Both the position numbers and the translations under genes were made by a program. The notes under the pieces are model-generated. The model ran no database searches. It worked only from the letters and a program-made list of their open reading frames with translations, and had not been told where the DNA came from. 64,000 bases of DNA, taken from assembly GCA_963718575.1 (NCBI GenBank), contig OY970358.1:450172-514171 (forward strand). The letters run 5' to 3'. Positions 38,840 through 49,080 of this stretch are shown here, piece by piece; position 1 is the stretch's first letter, and every line of letters begins with the position of its first letter. Origin of the DNA: an uncultured bacterium (lineage in GTDB: Bacteria > Patescibacteriota > Minisyncoccia > UBA6257 > 2-01-FULL-56-20).

Positions 38840-41386
38840 TTACGGCCACGGTAATGGATTTTCCACGCCGATAAAAGTGTTCACGCCGGTAAAGTTTCCC
38901 GACGGCTGGGGATCGGGAACGGAAAGCCCCCAATCGAGCGTCTCGCTCGCCGGAATCGTTGATGTCGTCTTCGGGATCGCGAGCATGACGGTCGTCCCGG
39001 GATTGGCGAGCAGCGTGGTGCCCGATGAAAAAGACAGCACCGACGTCGCATAGCTCTGGTCCCCGACCGGAATGCTATTCGCCCCGTTCGTCATATTGGT
39101 GCCATAGATGGTCGCGTTCATGGAAACATTTCCGACGGAAGTGATGGTGACGGGGGTATTCAATGAGGCCGTCGTCGATCCCGGACTCAACGAACCATAG
39201 TTTATAGATGAAGCGACCTGGATGCCAAGGAGAGAAAGAAGTTCCACGCTCGTACTCGTGGCGGTGCCTGTCGCATTCTCAAAATCCGAGACGTTCATCG
39301 CCGCGGACCACGTGTCCGATGCCCACGGCGAACCCGCGTCGGTGGGCTGCGCAAAATACCATATATTGGCATTGCATGTGGCGGTGCATGAGGTCCCGAA
39401 GCATAAACTCAATGAGCACGACGGCACTATGTAGCAGTCATTGTTATTGGCCGTGCAGCTCGTTCCCGAACTCGTACGGAAAATGACCGCCGACGTCGTT
39501 GCGATATCCGTGTATCCGTTTCCATCGCTTACCGTGGCCGTCGCCTGAACGAGCGTCGTCGTCCCGATGATCAGGGATATATTACTATTCCCGTTGAGCG
39601 TCACTCCGGAGACGGTGGGCGCAACATTTCCGATAACGACCGTCGGGTACACTCCATAGGAAGAGAACGCGGTGCCGCTCGCGGTGACCGCGCGAAAGCA
39701 ATAGGTTTCACCTACCTTTGCGCCGCTGTCCGTAAGCGCAAAATCCCATTTTCCGTCCGCGCCGGCCGCGATCGCACCCTGGGAATCGGTGAACGGATTC
39801 GATTGATCATACGTTTCATTGACGACCGTACTCGTCCCGTCCACCGGATCGGTGCTCGTCGGCACAAGGGCGCCCCCGTCGGTAATCCCGTCGTTCAAAT
39901 ACTGGAACAGGCCGGTCGAAGTGGAAATGTTCGTGTAGCTCGCAGGATTTCCGCCCGACGGAGACCCGCAATTTCCTGTTCCGGCATCGACATACTGGAG
40001 GTTGAATGATTGCGAACTCGAGTTGACCTGGCTCCCCGTCACCCGGATAAGCATGCGCAAGCGGAACGTGGAACTGCTCACGAGCTGTGCGGTCGTCGTC
40101 GTGTTCTGCGCGGCGAGCGGCGCTCCGACGGAGCTTGAAGCGATGTTCGTGAACCATCGGTATGCGGATTGCGTGAACGCCGGCGGCGTTTCCTGCGCCG
40201 CCACCGTTATGAACGTCAAAGGGGATTTTTCGTTGTTGTACTCCGTGGCGATCCAGGCGAACGGACGGACGATCTTCGAGATGCGCAGCTCGTCGATCCC
40301 TCCGGTATAGTATGCGTTCCATGCCGGATGGTACCCGATCGTCGTACTCGCAAGGCCCGTGAGCGGCGACGTGTCCGTGCCGGTATTGCCGGATGTTGCG
40401 TTGACAATATTTGCGCCATCAAGATAAACATGGAACTGGCTCGGCGCTATGGCAACCCCCGACGTCGCCGCCCACGTGCCCACAATATAATGCCATGTGC
40501 CATCGCTCGTCTTCGTGGTGCTCGCTTCCTCGCCGATCCAAATATTCGCGGAGTCATCACCGAACATCACCTTGCCGGTAGGGCTGGGAACGCTTCCCAA
40601 CGTTCCTCCGCAACTCGTGCTTCCGCACGCAAGATCCCCGTCGAGTGCGAGCGTAAGGGAATGCCCTGCGCCCGATCCTCTGTTTTGCACGACGACCGCC
40701 ACGTTCGTCGTCGAGCTCGGCACATTCACCCAGGCCTCGTACGTGACCGCGGTGGACGACTGCTGAAGATAGGTGTTCGAAATATATTGGCTCGTACCGT
40801 TGAAATTTCCCGCGCCGTCGACCTGTCCCGCCGTGCTCGTCGCGCCGCCGGTGATCACGCCGTTATTCCCATTCACGGTCGAATCCTTGGTGTTGATCGT
40901 TGTCGACCCGTTCACGCTCGCCATGTGCCAGACGCCGAGGTAATTGCTGTCCCACGTATTGGTCGCGCTTTGAAGGCTCGTCGTCGCGGAGGGATTTCCG
41001 TAATACATATAGAGAGGCGTATTGGTGGATGTCGCGATGGTCGGCATTTTTACCCACGCCTCAAGCTCTCCCGTACTGCTCACATAGCGCTCCATTTCAA
41101 AATTCAAAAGGTTTGCGCCGGTGCCGTCGGTAAAAAGAATATCGGTACCGCTCGCCTGCGCTCCGGCCTTGAGCTGGCTGCTTGAAGAAAAGCTGACGAG
41201 TACGGTGAAATTGGTATACGTGGAAGAAGTGACGCTCGAGGTCGATACCTGCGACGCGTTGATGGTGAGAAGATTCCGATACCCCCACGCCGTGTTATAC
41301 CACGTTGCCGCCCGGGCGTGCGGGACAAAAAAAGCAGCTCCGACCACGGCCATTATTATGGCGAGAACTAAAAAAAAGCGGTTCAT
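38840..41386 (-). CDS. Large secreted protein (848 aa) with concanavalin/LamG-like lectin domain(s)
   Basis: Signal peptide MNRFFLVLAIIMAVVGAAFFVPHARA. Segment GTSQYISNTYLQQSSTAVTYEAWVNVPSS...LDGDLACG...ELRISKIVRPFAWIATEYNN matches the LamG jelly-roll pattern. Otherwise Thr/Ser-rich. Confidence 0.55.
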   Translation of the reverse strand: MNRFFLVLAIIMAVVGAAFFVPHARAATWYNTAWGYRNLLTINASQVSTSSVTSSTYTNFTVLVSFSSSSQLKAGAQASGTDILFTDGTGANLLNFEMERYVSSTGELEAWVKMPTIATSTNTPLYMYYGNPSATTSLQSATNTWDSNYLGVWHMASVNGSTTINTKDSTVNGNNGVITGGATSTAGQVDGAGNFNGTSQYISNTYLQQSSTAVTYEAWVNVPSSTTNVAVVVQNRGSGAGHSLTLALDGDLACGSTSCGGTLGSVPSPTGKVMFGDDSANIWIGEEASTTKTSDGTWHYIVGTWAATSGVAIAPSQFHVYLDGANIVNATSGNTGTDTSPLTGLASTTIGYHPAWNAYYTGGIDELRISKIVRPFAWIATEYNNEKSPLTFITVAAQETPPAFTQSAYRWFTNIASSSVGAPLAAQNTTTTAQLVSSSTFRLRMLIRVTGSQVNSSSQSFNLQYVDAGTGNCGSPSGGNPASYTNISTSTGLFQYLNDGITDGGALVPTSTDPVDGTSTVVNETYDQSNPFTDSQGAIAAGADGKWDFALTDSGAKVGETYCFRAVTASGTAFSSYGVYPTVVIGNVAPTVSGVTLNGNSNISLIIGTTTLVQATATVSDGNGYTDIATTSAVIFRTSSGTSCTANNNDCYIVPSCSLSLCFGTSCTATCNANIWYFAQPTDAGSPWASDTWSAAMNVSDFENATGTATSTSVELLSLLGIQVASSINYGSLSPGSTTASLNTPVTITSVGNVSMNATIYGTNMTNGANSIPVGDQSYATSVLSFSSGTTLLANPGTTVMLAIPKTTSTIPASETLDWGLSVPDPQPSGNFTGVNTFIGVENPLPWP

Positions 41387-41430
41387 GAAACGGTATTACC
41401 TAATAATTCTATCACACAAAAAATGTGTCC

Positions 41431-43200
41431 TCAGAAGGAAACCGGGGTCACCACCAGATTGAATTGGCAAAAATTTGGCGCAACGGTTCCGTCGTGCTGC
41501 CGCTCTTTGTAGACAACGACCGCATTGTAAGAACCCGGAGCGACGGTCGCCGCAGCAGTGACTCCGATCGTGTCCATTCCCGGACCTTCCGGAATGACCG
41601 TCGCAGATATGCCGGTCGGCAACGATCCGACCGAAGCATCATAGAGAAAAGGAGTTTTTACATTATGGACGGGAGAACTACCAGCGGACGAGGTGCTGTC
41701 GGCCGGCGGCGTCAGCGTGAGAAGGAATGATCCGCCGCCGCCCGCGGCGATCGATTCAGAAAACGGCGTGACGGAACATTCTTGTCCGGCAAAAGGATCG
41801 AACACCTGCTTGAAGGCCTGTACCGGCGGAAGTTCCGCGGGAGGAGGCGGTGCGGCGACCGCAGGCGCGGGTGTGACGTCCTCGGTGGTATCCGACGCGA
41901 CGACATCCGGCTGTGGTTGTGGCGCATCCGCATAACTCACCTCAACGCCCGCGGCATCAAGAAATATCTGCGGAGAACTCGACGCCCCAAGCCCGATGAA
42001 CGCGACCTGAAGATGCTCCAGCTCGGCCCAGGAATCTATTGGGATCGGATACCGCTCTTCCTGCCAGTTCGCGCTGTCGATATTCACCAGCGGCTGCCAT
42101 GTGACGCCGTCCGTCGAGTAGACGACCGAGAGCACCGCATCGCCCGTGCTCGACGGCACGGCGATATTTTGAAACGCCGCCGTATCCACGCTGATGGGCG
42201 CCGATTCCGGAATGCTGGAGGTTCCTACCTGTATATATGAGGTTCCCGTCGGCGTGTCGGACGAATCGTCGCCGGACGTGCTCGTGTCGATCGCCATCGA
42301 CGATGTTTCATCCGCGTATGCAACCCCCACGAGAGCGTGAAGCCATGACGTTGGCGAGGATGCGTCGGAATCCGACGGGTCGCTCACGGGAGCAGGGGCG
42401 GGGGGTTGAACATCGGTATCGTCCGTATTGTTATCCGAACTATTATCTGCTGGCGCACTTTGCGGGACGACGCTTGATGCATCCTCGGTCGGCGCGGGAG
42501 AAGCTTGCGTGGGCGGCGAACTCGAAGCATCGAAAGAGGTATCATCTGATGACGTTGATACGATCGGTACCGGGGCGATGGCGGAACTCGAGGCGTCGGA
42601 AGAAGTATCACTTGCCATGCTCGTACTCGCATCCGCGTCATCCGCAGCAGTTGATGATGCGCTGATAACATCGCCTCCTTCGTCCGAGGAGGAAACATCC
42701 TGAGTTGATGTCGTCACCGATGGGGATGTGGACGAAGATGAGGCAATCACGTCACTGCTACTACTGTCGACATCGCCACCATCATCACCGCCACCACCGC
42801 CGTCGCCCGATGTGATTATGCTCGTGGAAGCGTCTCCCGGAAATATGAACGCCCACGAGACCACAAGGTCGGCGCTCTGAAACGATTCTCCGGTAAGCGT
42901 ATTGATATCCGTATCGCCGGAAAAATTTCCGCAGAACATTTGCGCGGTGCTCGTTCCCATCACTGCGGAATTGAACGTGTTGAATGCCGATACGTCGGCC
43001 CCGGGAGGAAGGTCGGGCTTGCCGAGCGCGTTCTGGACATTCTCCCAATTTCCAAGGCACGATGACGGATAGAAATCCGCAGTGCTCGCAAATCCGACGA
43101 GGACGTACCGCGTCACGGCGCCGGCAACGAGCACCGCGAGCACGGCGACCAGCGCTATCTTATGCCGCCCCCAAAAACGCTTCATCCCCTCCGCGCTCAT
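41431..43200 (-). CDS. Membrane-anchored hyper-acidic Ser/Asp/Thr-rich surface protein
   Basis: Signal anchor IALVAVLAVLVAGAV followed by ~250 aa of S/D/T/A low complexity (SSSDVIASSSSTSPSV...DDADASTSMASDTSSDASSS...). The ORF track start at 43569 adds an Arg-rich 123-aa extension, probably spurious. ATG at 43200 has AGGAAG/GGAAGA upstream. Confidence 0.5.
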   Translation of the reverse strand: MSAEGMKRFWGRHKIALVAVLAVLVAGAVTRYVLVGFASTADFYPSSCLGNWENVQNALGKPDLPPGADVSAFNTFNSAVMGTSTAQMFCGNFSGDTDINTLTGESFQSADLVVSWAFIFPGDASTSIITSGDGGGGGDDGGDVDSSSSDVIASSSSTSPSVTTSTQDVSSSDEGGDVISASSTAADDADASTSMASDTSSDASSSAIAPVPIVSTSSDDTSFDASSSPPTQASPAPTEDASSVVPQSAPADNSSDNNTDDTDVQPPAPAPVSDPSDSDASSPTSWLHALVGVAYADETSSMAIDTSTSGDDSSDTPTGTSYIQVGTSSIPESAPISVDTAAFQNIAVPSSTGDAVLSVVYSTDGVTWQPLVNIDSANWQEERYPIPIDSWAELEHLQVAFIGLGASSSPQIFLDAAGVEVSYADAPQPQPDVVASDTTEDVTPAPAVAAPPPPAELPPVQAFKQVFDPFAGQECSVTPFSESIAAGGGGSFLLTLTPPADSTSSAGSSPVHNVKTPFLYDASVGSLPTGISATVIPEGPGMDTIGVTAAATVAPGSYNAVVVYKERQHDGTVAPNFCQFNLVVTPVSF

Positions 43201-43291
43201 CTCGATCTTCCACGCTTCCTTTTTTTTCAGTACGAGCGTGTGCGGTTCCGTCCCCGGCCTAAAGTCACTCGTCTTTCTTTCCGGCGCACGC

Positions 43292-45115
43292 TTATTCTTC
43301 ATTGAGAGCCTTATCCACATCTTCAATCTCTTTCTGAATGGTGGTCTCCGAAATGACGAGCGCGTTGCGTACCGCATCAAGCACGTTCTCCGGCTCAAGC
43401 TTTGCCTCCCCTTGCGCCTGCGCCGCCCCGCCTTCCATATGGCTGATCTTCTCATCCACCTCTTCGCGCAACGCTTCGAACACCACCTTGGTCCTTTCCC
43501 GCGCCTCATCGTTCTCGCGTTTCGCAAGCTGGAGCTGTAGGGTGTGGATTTTTTTCTTATAGAAGCCATAGGTGGCCATGCCGCTGATACATGCCAGCAA
43601 AAGGATGATCAGTATCCATCCAAACCGGTCGAGGAACGGCGCCGAGATGACATCAATGGAATATTTGTCGGTGGACGATGCGACCGCCCCCTGCGTCGTC
43701 ACCATAGTGGCGACGAGCGCATATTTTCCATCCGAGAGTCCGCCCTCCACCGCATACAACCAGTGTCCCGTCTGGTCGGCCACCATTTTCCCCTCAGAGA
43801 CCGTCTTCCCGTCGCTGTCATTGATATCCACGGTAACATTCGCGCCGCTATCGGCAGTGCCTTCGAGCACGATCGGCGAATGCTCAATCACTGTTTCCGG
43901 GAAATTCGTGATCTCCGGCATCCCCACGCCCGAGATGGAGAACTGGACGTTTTCGCTGGTATAATTCCCCGCCTTATCGAACGCCGATATCTGTACGATG
44001 TGATCTCCCGGAAGGAGCGGCGGAGCGGTGTACACCCCATTCTGCAGATCAGAAAGCGCGACGGTCGAGGAATTCACGCCGTCGAACGTTGCAACATAAT
44101 GATCGATGCCGGAGACGGTGTCGGTCGCGTTGAACATAAGGTTGGTCCGTCCGCTGATGCCCTCTCCCGGAGCGGCGGTCACCGTGAATGGCAATGGCGC
44201 CGAGGTGTCGATATTGACCTGGAAGTTCACCGGGTCGCTCCAGTCGCCGACGGAATCTTCGAACCGAGCATGGAAGTACCACGTGCCGTCGGCTACGTTT
44301 GAATATTGTTTCGAGGACAACAGGCCTGCCGATGTCCGCTTCGGATACGTATCGGGGTTCTGGTCGAATGCGACGCTTACCCCGGCGACATCCGGCGTGA
44401 GCGTCCATGTGAAGCTCGGGCTGTTGTTGTTATACCATTGCGTGGGGTCGGGATCCGTCGGGGACGAGATGGTGATCGTCACCGTGTACGGAGTTTGTGA
44501 TGAGGTATCGGCGGATGCCTGAGACTGCGCCGCGCTATTGTCCGCAGAGGCCGCAGGGGGATTCACTGCGGGAGCGGAAGCCGCCGCTCCGCCGATCGTA
44601 AAGGTCGCCCCGGTATTACTGCCGAGCACATTCGTCCCCTGCCCGTCCGCCGCAAGCACGGACGCGGAAGAGAATTTTATCGACGTCGATCCCGCGCTCA
44701 ATGCTTGAAATGTCACATCAACGACATCCCCAGCACTGCCCGTATACGCGTTATTGCTGCCGCCACTATAATCGACGGTTCCCGCAGTGTTCGAGAATGA
44801 AGGATTGCTGGTCCAAAGATTGAAAACTGAATTGTCCTTCGAAACGCTTTGCACGGCGAGCATCGTCGGATCAAAGCTCAACTCCCCGTCCGCGGCATTC
44901 ACTCCCACTCCTCCGCCGCTGTTCACCATCACGCTTACCGTGAACGTTCCGCCCGTGGCATAGGAACCGCTTGCGGGAGAAAGAGAAAGGCTCGCGCCCC
45001 CCGTCGACTGGGCGCGAACGATCGGGATGATCCCCGCGCTAACCGCAAGACAGCCGAGCGCGAAAACGAAGAGTGCCCGGCAGACAGCGACCGTTCGATG
45101 ATGGTGCTTTCTCAT
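43292..45115 (-). CDS. Cohesin-like domain surface protein with Ig-like repeats, C-terminal TM helix and coiled-coil tail
   Basis: After the signal peptide: SLSLSPASGSYATGGTFTVSVMVNSGGGVGVNAADGELSFDPTMLAVQSVSKDNSVFNLW...GDVVDVTFQALSAGSTSIKFSSASVLAADG follows the cohesin pattern (Gd.vtV.V...g..a.d..lsyDp..L.v.sv.k). C-terminal helix WILIILLLACISGMATYGF then a KRENDEARERTK... coiled coil. Confidence 0.5.
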   Translation of the reverse strand: MRKHHHRTVAVCRALFVFALGCLAVSAGIIPIVRAQSTGGASLSLSPASGSYATGGTFTVSVMVNSGGGVGVNAADGELSFDPTMLAVQSVSKDNSVFNLWTSNPSFSNTAGTVDYSGGSNNAYTGSAGDVVDVTFQALSAGSTSIKFSSASVLAADGQGTNVLGSNTGATFTIGGAAASAPAVNPPAASADNSAAQSQASADTSSQTPYTVTITISSPTDPDPTQWYNNNSPSFTWTLTPDVAGVSVAFDQNPDTYPKRTSAGLLSSKQYSNVADGTWYFHARFEDSVGDWSDPVNFQVNIDTSAPLPFTVTAAPGEGISGRTNLMFNATDTVSGIDHYVATFDGVNSSTVALSDLQNGVYTAPPLLPGDHIVQISAFDKAGNYTSENVQFSISGVGMPEITNFPETVIEHSPIVLEGTADSGANVTVDINDSDGKTVSEGKMVADQTGHWLYAVEGGLSDGKYALVATMVTTQGAVASSTDKYSIDVISAPFLDRFGWILIILLLACISGMATYGFYKKKIHTLQLQLAKRENDEARERTKVVFEALREEVDEKISHMEGGAAQAQGEAKLEPENVLDAVRNALVISETTIQKEIEDVDKALNEE

Positions 45116-45687
45116 TTCTTATTTTCATCCTGTCGGACCTCCTGAACGATAAGTTTCTTGCCCACTCCCGGATGTTTTGCCGGGAGGGTCACCACAAGAA
45201 CGCCGTTCCCGAGGGTCGCCGTGGCGGCACCGCCGTCGAACGATGCGGGAAGATATATCTTACGATACAGCGCTTTCCATTTTATCTCCTGCTTCACGTA
45301 TATTCCTTTTTCCGGAGGATTGCCGTCCTTCGGAACGGCAATCGCGGGAAGTTCCGGCCTCTTTTGGGTCGCCTCAACGACGAGCGTGTTTGATTCCTCG
45401 CTGATCGTTATATCAAAACCGCCGGCGGGAATCCCGCTCGCCTTCAGAAAAACGACCATCCGCGAATCGGATTGAAAAAGATCCACATCGATCGGATCCG
45501 TGCCATCGGGCGCCTTCTCCACCGCCGGCGTCATCACCTGCGCGGGATCATCCTTTTTTATGGAAACAGCCTTGTTGCCGGTGGCGGTATAGGTAACGCT
45601 CTTTGGCGGAGCGACCGCCTTCTCGTCCCCTCCGGCATCATCGTCACCCTGAAGCCTCATCGACAATTTTTCATAAAAGGAACTCAT
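45112..45687 (-). CDS. Hsp20/alpha-crystallin family small heat-shock protein
   Basis: Alpha-crystallin domain: VDLFQSDSRMVVFLKASGI...DITISEESNTLVVEA...GVLVVTLPK. Confidence 0.8.
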   Translation of the reverse strand: MSSFYEKLSMRLQGDDDAGGDEKAVAPPKSVTYTATGNKAVSIKKDDPAQVMTPAVEKAPDGTDPIDVDLFQSDSRMVVFLKASGIPAGGFDITISEESNTLVVEATQKRPELPAIAVPKDGNPPEKGIYVKQEIKWKALYRKIYLPASFDGGAATATLGNGVLVVTLPAKHPGVGKKLIVQEVRQDENKK

Positions 45688-45738
45688 GCGTATTATATAA
45701 GTCAGTATACCAAATCGAACTCGCCGTTTCCATGAAAA

Positions 45739-47427
45739 TTATCCCGTCCAGTGCGCAAGCATGATGCTCAAATCCGGAAGGTCGACTTTCCCATCGCCGT
45801 TCAGGTCCGCGGGAGCATAATCGGTGCCCCAGTGCGCAAGCATGATGGAAAAATCAACGAGGTTCACCTTTCCGTCGCCATTCAGATCCCCGATCTTCAG
45901 ATTTGCCGCCGCCTCTCCCACTCCGAGAAACGAAGGAGAGGAAAAACTGCTCTCGGCAAGCGACTGCACCAACGAGCGGGCCTTCACTTGATAGGTTCCC
46001 ATCGGAAGTCCGACGGTGGAAAGAGGATATGACCAGACGCCGTTCGGATCCGCGGTCGTCGTCGCCTCGAGCGGAACTCCTCCGTTCGCCTGACTCGTCA
46101 CGAGGATGTCAACCGTGGACGAAGGCTCGCCAAGCCCCGATACAAAGAATGGCTTCCCGAGCGCGACCGTGCTTGTGACAAAGCCGATCGAAGGAGGAAG
46201 AACGACGCCGGTAATATTGTTCGTTGTCCCCGAGATCAAGGTTATCGTCGTGGTGTAAAAAGAGATCGGGGTGGGGCTGCCGTCCGTCACCTCTATCGTA
46301 AATGAATAGGTTCCCTGCGGCAGCGAAGGGATGCTGACGGAAAAATTTCCATAGCTATCCGTCGATGCCGTGGTCGGAATCTGCGACCCGTCCTGAAGTA
46401 CGGCAATGGTCGCGTCGGGCATAGCGATCCCGCTGATCACAAGAGAGGGCGATGGCGGCAACGCCGCGTACGGCGCTCCACCCCCCCCGCCTCCTCCGCC
46501 GCTACTGCCGGACCCGGGAGCTCCTCCCCCGGTCCCTGTTCCCGTCGGGTTGCCGGCGTAAAAAGATATTATGTAATCCGTCGTGTTTTTATTGCCGGCA
46601 TAATCACTGCAACGCGCATAGAAGGTGTACGTGTTTCCCAAGACGATATTCCCGACAATGAACGTATGGAACAAGTCGGATGACTGGTCATCGGTAACAC
46701 CGGCCATCGCATCGTAAGAAACACCGGAGGACGTCGCATATCTACAGGTGGCATATATATTCGTATCAAAGGAGACGAGAACATTTCCGGCGTTGGAAGG
46801 AATCGTGCCCGACGGGAGGCCGTCCGAAAGCACCGGCACGCTTCCATTCGTATTCGCATCGACACCGACCGCCGGAATGATCGCCACCATCGCCGCTCCA
46901 TAGTCGAGCGGAGCGCTCATCGCAGTATAGGTATCGATGAATATCCGGTACGATGCCGGCGCGGAGGGATTGGTGATCTGATAGACGCCGGCCGGAGCGT
47001 TGGTGCCGAGCAAGACGCGCACATACGATCCTGCCGGGATGCCCGAGCCGGACGAGAGCGTGATCGTGATCGGACCCGTCACCGGCGACACCGCGACGCC
47101 GTCATCCGTCCCGTCGGGAATCGCCGCGAGCGTACGTTCGGTGGCGTCGGAAAGAGAGGAGCTTGTCGAAACGGCGAGATCCATATCGGTATAACTGAAA
47201 AGCGGGTCGATGGAGAAGGGGGTGTTCTCAAAAGAGATGACGATCTGTCCCGATGCCGGGATGCCGCTCGTCGTCCTGAAAACGATCGCGTGATTGACTG
47301 AGACCGACGGGCGGGAATCGCTTATCGTATCGCTTACATAGCTCAATTGTGTTTGCGCCTGCGCGGCGCGCGCGACCGGCATCCAAGCAAAAGAAAAAGC
47401 AGCCAAAAACAATAAGGCTGCACTCAT
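45739..47427 (-). CDS. Dockerin-containing surface protein; N-terminal module shared with the 49081/50406 paralogs, Gly-rich linker
   Basis: C-terminus DLNGDGKVNLVDFSIMLAHWGTDYAPADLNGDGKVDLPDLSIMLAHWTG is a type-I dockerin duplicate. N-terminal module LSYVSDTISDSRPSVSVNHAIVFRTTSG... parallels LTNVSDTLSDARPGYPANHTIVFTNPSS. Start taken at MSAALLFLAAF (47427); ORF track start 47580. Confidence 0.65.
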   Translation of the reverse strand: MSAALLFLAAFSFAWMPVARAAQAQTQLSYVSDTISDSRPSVSVNHAIVFRTTSGIPASGQIVISFENTPFSIDPLFSYTDMDLAVSTSSSLSDATERTLAAIPDGTDDGVAVSPVTGPITITLSSGSGIPAGSYVRVLLGTNAPAGVYQITNPSAPASYRIFIDTYTAMSAPLDYGAAMVAIIPAVGVDANTNGSVPVLSDGLPSGTIPSNAGNVLVSFDTNIYATCRYATSSGVSYDAMAGVTDDQSSDLFHTFIVGNIVLGNTYTFYARCSDYAGNKNTTDYIISFYAGNPTGTGTGGGAPGSGSSGGGGGGGGAPYAALPPSPSLVISGIAMPDATIAVLQDGSQIPTTASTDSYGNFSVSIPSLPQGTYSFTIEVTDGSPTPISFYTTTITLISGTTNNITGVVLPPSIGFVTSTVALGKPFFVSGLGEPSSTVDILVTSQANGGVPLEATTTADPNGVWSYPLSTVGLPMGTYQVKARSLVQSLAESSFSSPSFLGVGEAAANLKIGDLNGDGKVNLVDFSIMLAHWGTDYAPADLNGDGKVDLPDLSIMLAHWTG

Positions 47428-47479
47428 GATATAAATGGATCGATGCCTCACCCCTCTATTATATAGGATAGAGAAAAAA

Positions 47480-47860
47480 TTATTCTTCCGGAGGACCCTT
47501 CGGAGTGCGGCGGAAATATTGCCACTCGAAGTAGAAGTTGAGAAAAACAAGGATACCGATGATGGCGATCGCAATGGCAAGATACCAGATCACGGGAGAC
47601 TCCGCAGCGGTAGCCGCCCCGGTGCTGCTCGCGAACGCCGCCTCGCGCGCGGCGAGATCCGCCGCCTGCTGGTTCAGCTCGGTCTGTTGCTGTTGCAATT
47701 GCTCGTTCAGCGTATTGTAAGGGTTCGGCGCGATGCCGACCGCAATGCCGATTTGTGCCAACAACCTCGAAGGAGCCGCCACCCTTCCGCCGGAAAAAAG
47801 GAGGAGGGATGAAATGGCTCCGAGAAGCATTATCAGAAACCAGACCGTCCGTTTATTCAT
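47480..47860 (-). CDS. Small membrane protein with Gln-rich coiled-coil segment
   Basis: Two hydrophobic helices flank LNEQLQQQQTELNQQAADLAAREAAF. Confidence 0.4.
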   Translation of the reverse strand: MNKRTVWFLIMLLGAISSLLLFSGGRVAAPSRLLAQIGIAVGIAPNPYNTLNEQLQQQQTELNQQAADLAAREAAFASSTGAATAAESPVIWYLAIAIAIIGILVFLNFYFEWQYFRRTPKGPPEE

Positions 47861-47867
47861 GCGGCCT

Positions 47868-48992
47868 CTATCCAAAGAAGAACAAGAGGATGAGAAGGAA
47901 GACGAGGGCGAACACCGCCGTCGCGATCACAATAAAGACAAGCCGTGAGAGCGGGAGTCCTCCGCCCGAAAGCAATTTTTCCTCTTCTGATGCGGAAGAA
48001 CGAACTTCTTTGCCGGATTCGCCGATCATGGCACTCACGCGCTTGCGAACGTACGCCTTGACCGCCCAGACGAATATCAGGATGAAGAAAATGATGCTTC
48101 CGAGTACGGCGGCGATCGGAACGACCGGGATGACCCAGAACGTCGCCGATGCGGAAACGGTTTTGTTCTCCGTATCTCCATAATTCAATGTGGTGATGGC
48201 AGTGAATTGCCCGAACGCAAAACCATTGCCTCCCCACGATGCAGTGAATGATCGCTGGGTGCCGGGGAATATTGAGGCTGCCTGATCGTTTACGATCACC
48301 GTCCCCACCTTCTGACCGAACATATTAGTGATATCAATCGGGCCGCGCGGCTGGATCAGTACGTTGCCTTCGTTCGCGATCGATGCGGTAAACGTGACGC
48401 TCGGCGTCTGATAGAGCGATTTGTCGGTCGAGAACTCCTTGATCTCCGCCTGTTCCGTGGCATTACCCGCAATGCGAAGCTCGATGAGCGCGCCAACATT
48501 ATATCCAAGCCCCGATCCGTTGGATGTCGGCCTACTCGCGCCGGACGAAATGAAGATCGCGCCGTAATGTCCTCCGGGTCCGGCGTTCTTCGGAACCGTG
48601 ATCGTGAAAGGGACGGTGACGTTGCCTCCTGCCGGAATCGATATCTCCGTCTCGCCGAGCGAGACCCACGAGCTCAGGCCGTATTCCGGAACTGAAGAAG
48701 TGGTGAAGATCGGTTCGCCGGATCCCTGCATTCCCGAGATATCCTGGACGCCGACCGAGAATTGATGGGCAACGGTATCCGGATTGCTGATGGTTATCGA
48801 GGTCGAAAACTGATCGCCGGGGTTCACGGTCTGCTCAAAAAGGGCGGGCGCCACTTTTATGTTCAGTCCGATTCCGGCAGTCTGCGCGCGAGAAACACCC
48901 CCGAAAAGGACAACTCCCGCCAAGAGAACAAAGCCGGCTCCGGCCGCTAAAGCGATTCGACGCCCCACCCCCCTTTTTGATGTATCCATCAT
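47868..48992 (-). CDS. Membrane-anchored surface protein, CARDB/DUF916-DUF3324-like (family A, member 1)
   Basis: Signal peptide; PALFEQTVNPGDQFSTSITISNPDTVAHQFSVGV (the YFxLxVxPGxxxxxxIxVxN pattern); second beta domain; C-terminal TM helix; cytoplasmic tail. Confidence 0.5.
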   Translation of the reverse strand: MMDTSKRGVGRRIALAAGAGFVLLAGVVLFGGVSRAQTAGIGLNIKVAPALFEQTVNPGDQFSTSITISNPDTVAHQFSVGVQDISGMQGSGEPIFTTSSVPEYGLSSWVSLGETEISIPAGGNVTVPFTITVPKNAGPGGHYGAIFISSGASRPTSNGSGLGYNVGALIELRIAGNATEQAEIKEFSTDKSLYQTPSVTFTASIANEGNVLIQPRGPIDITNMFGQKVGTVIVNDQAASIFPGTQRSFTASWGGNGFAFGQFTAITTLNYGDTENKTVSASATFWVIPVVPIAAVLGSIIFFILIFVWAVKAYVRKRVSAMIGESGKEVRSSASEEEKLLSGGGLPLSRLVFIVIATAVFALVFLLILLFFFG

Positions 48993-49080
48993 TGTTTCGG
49001 CCTGGTTAATAGTTTGAGTCTAGCATATCAGTGCCACCCCGCAAATATCATTTTTCAAGAAGGACGTCCGAGATAATTCC

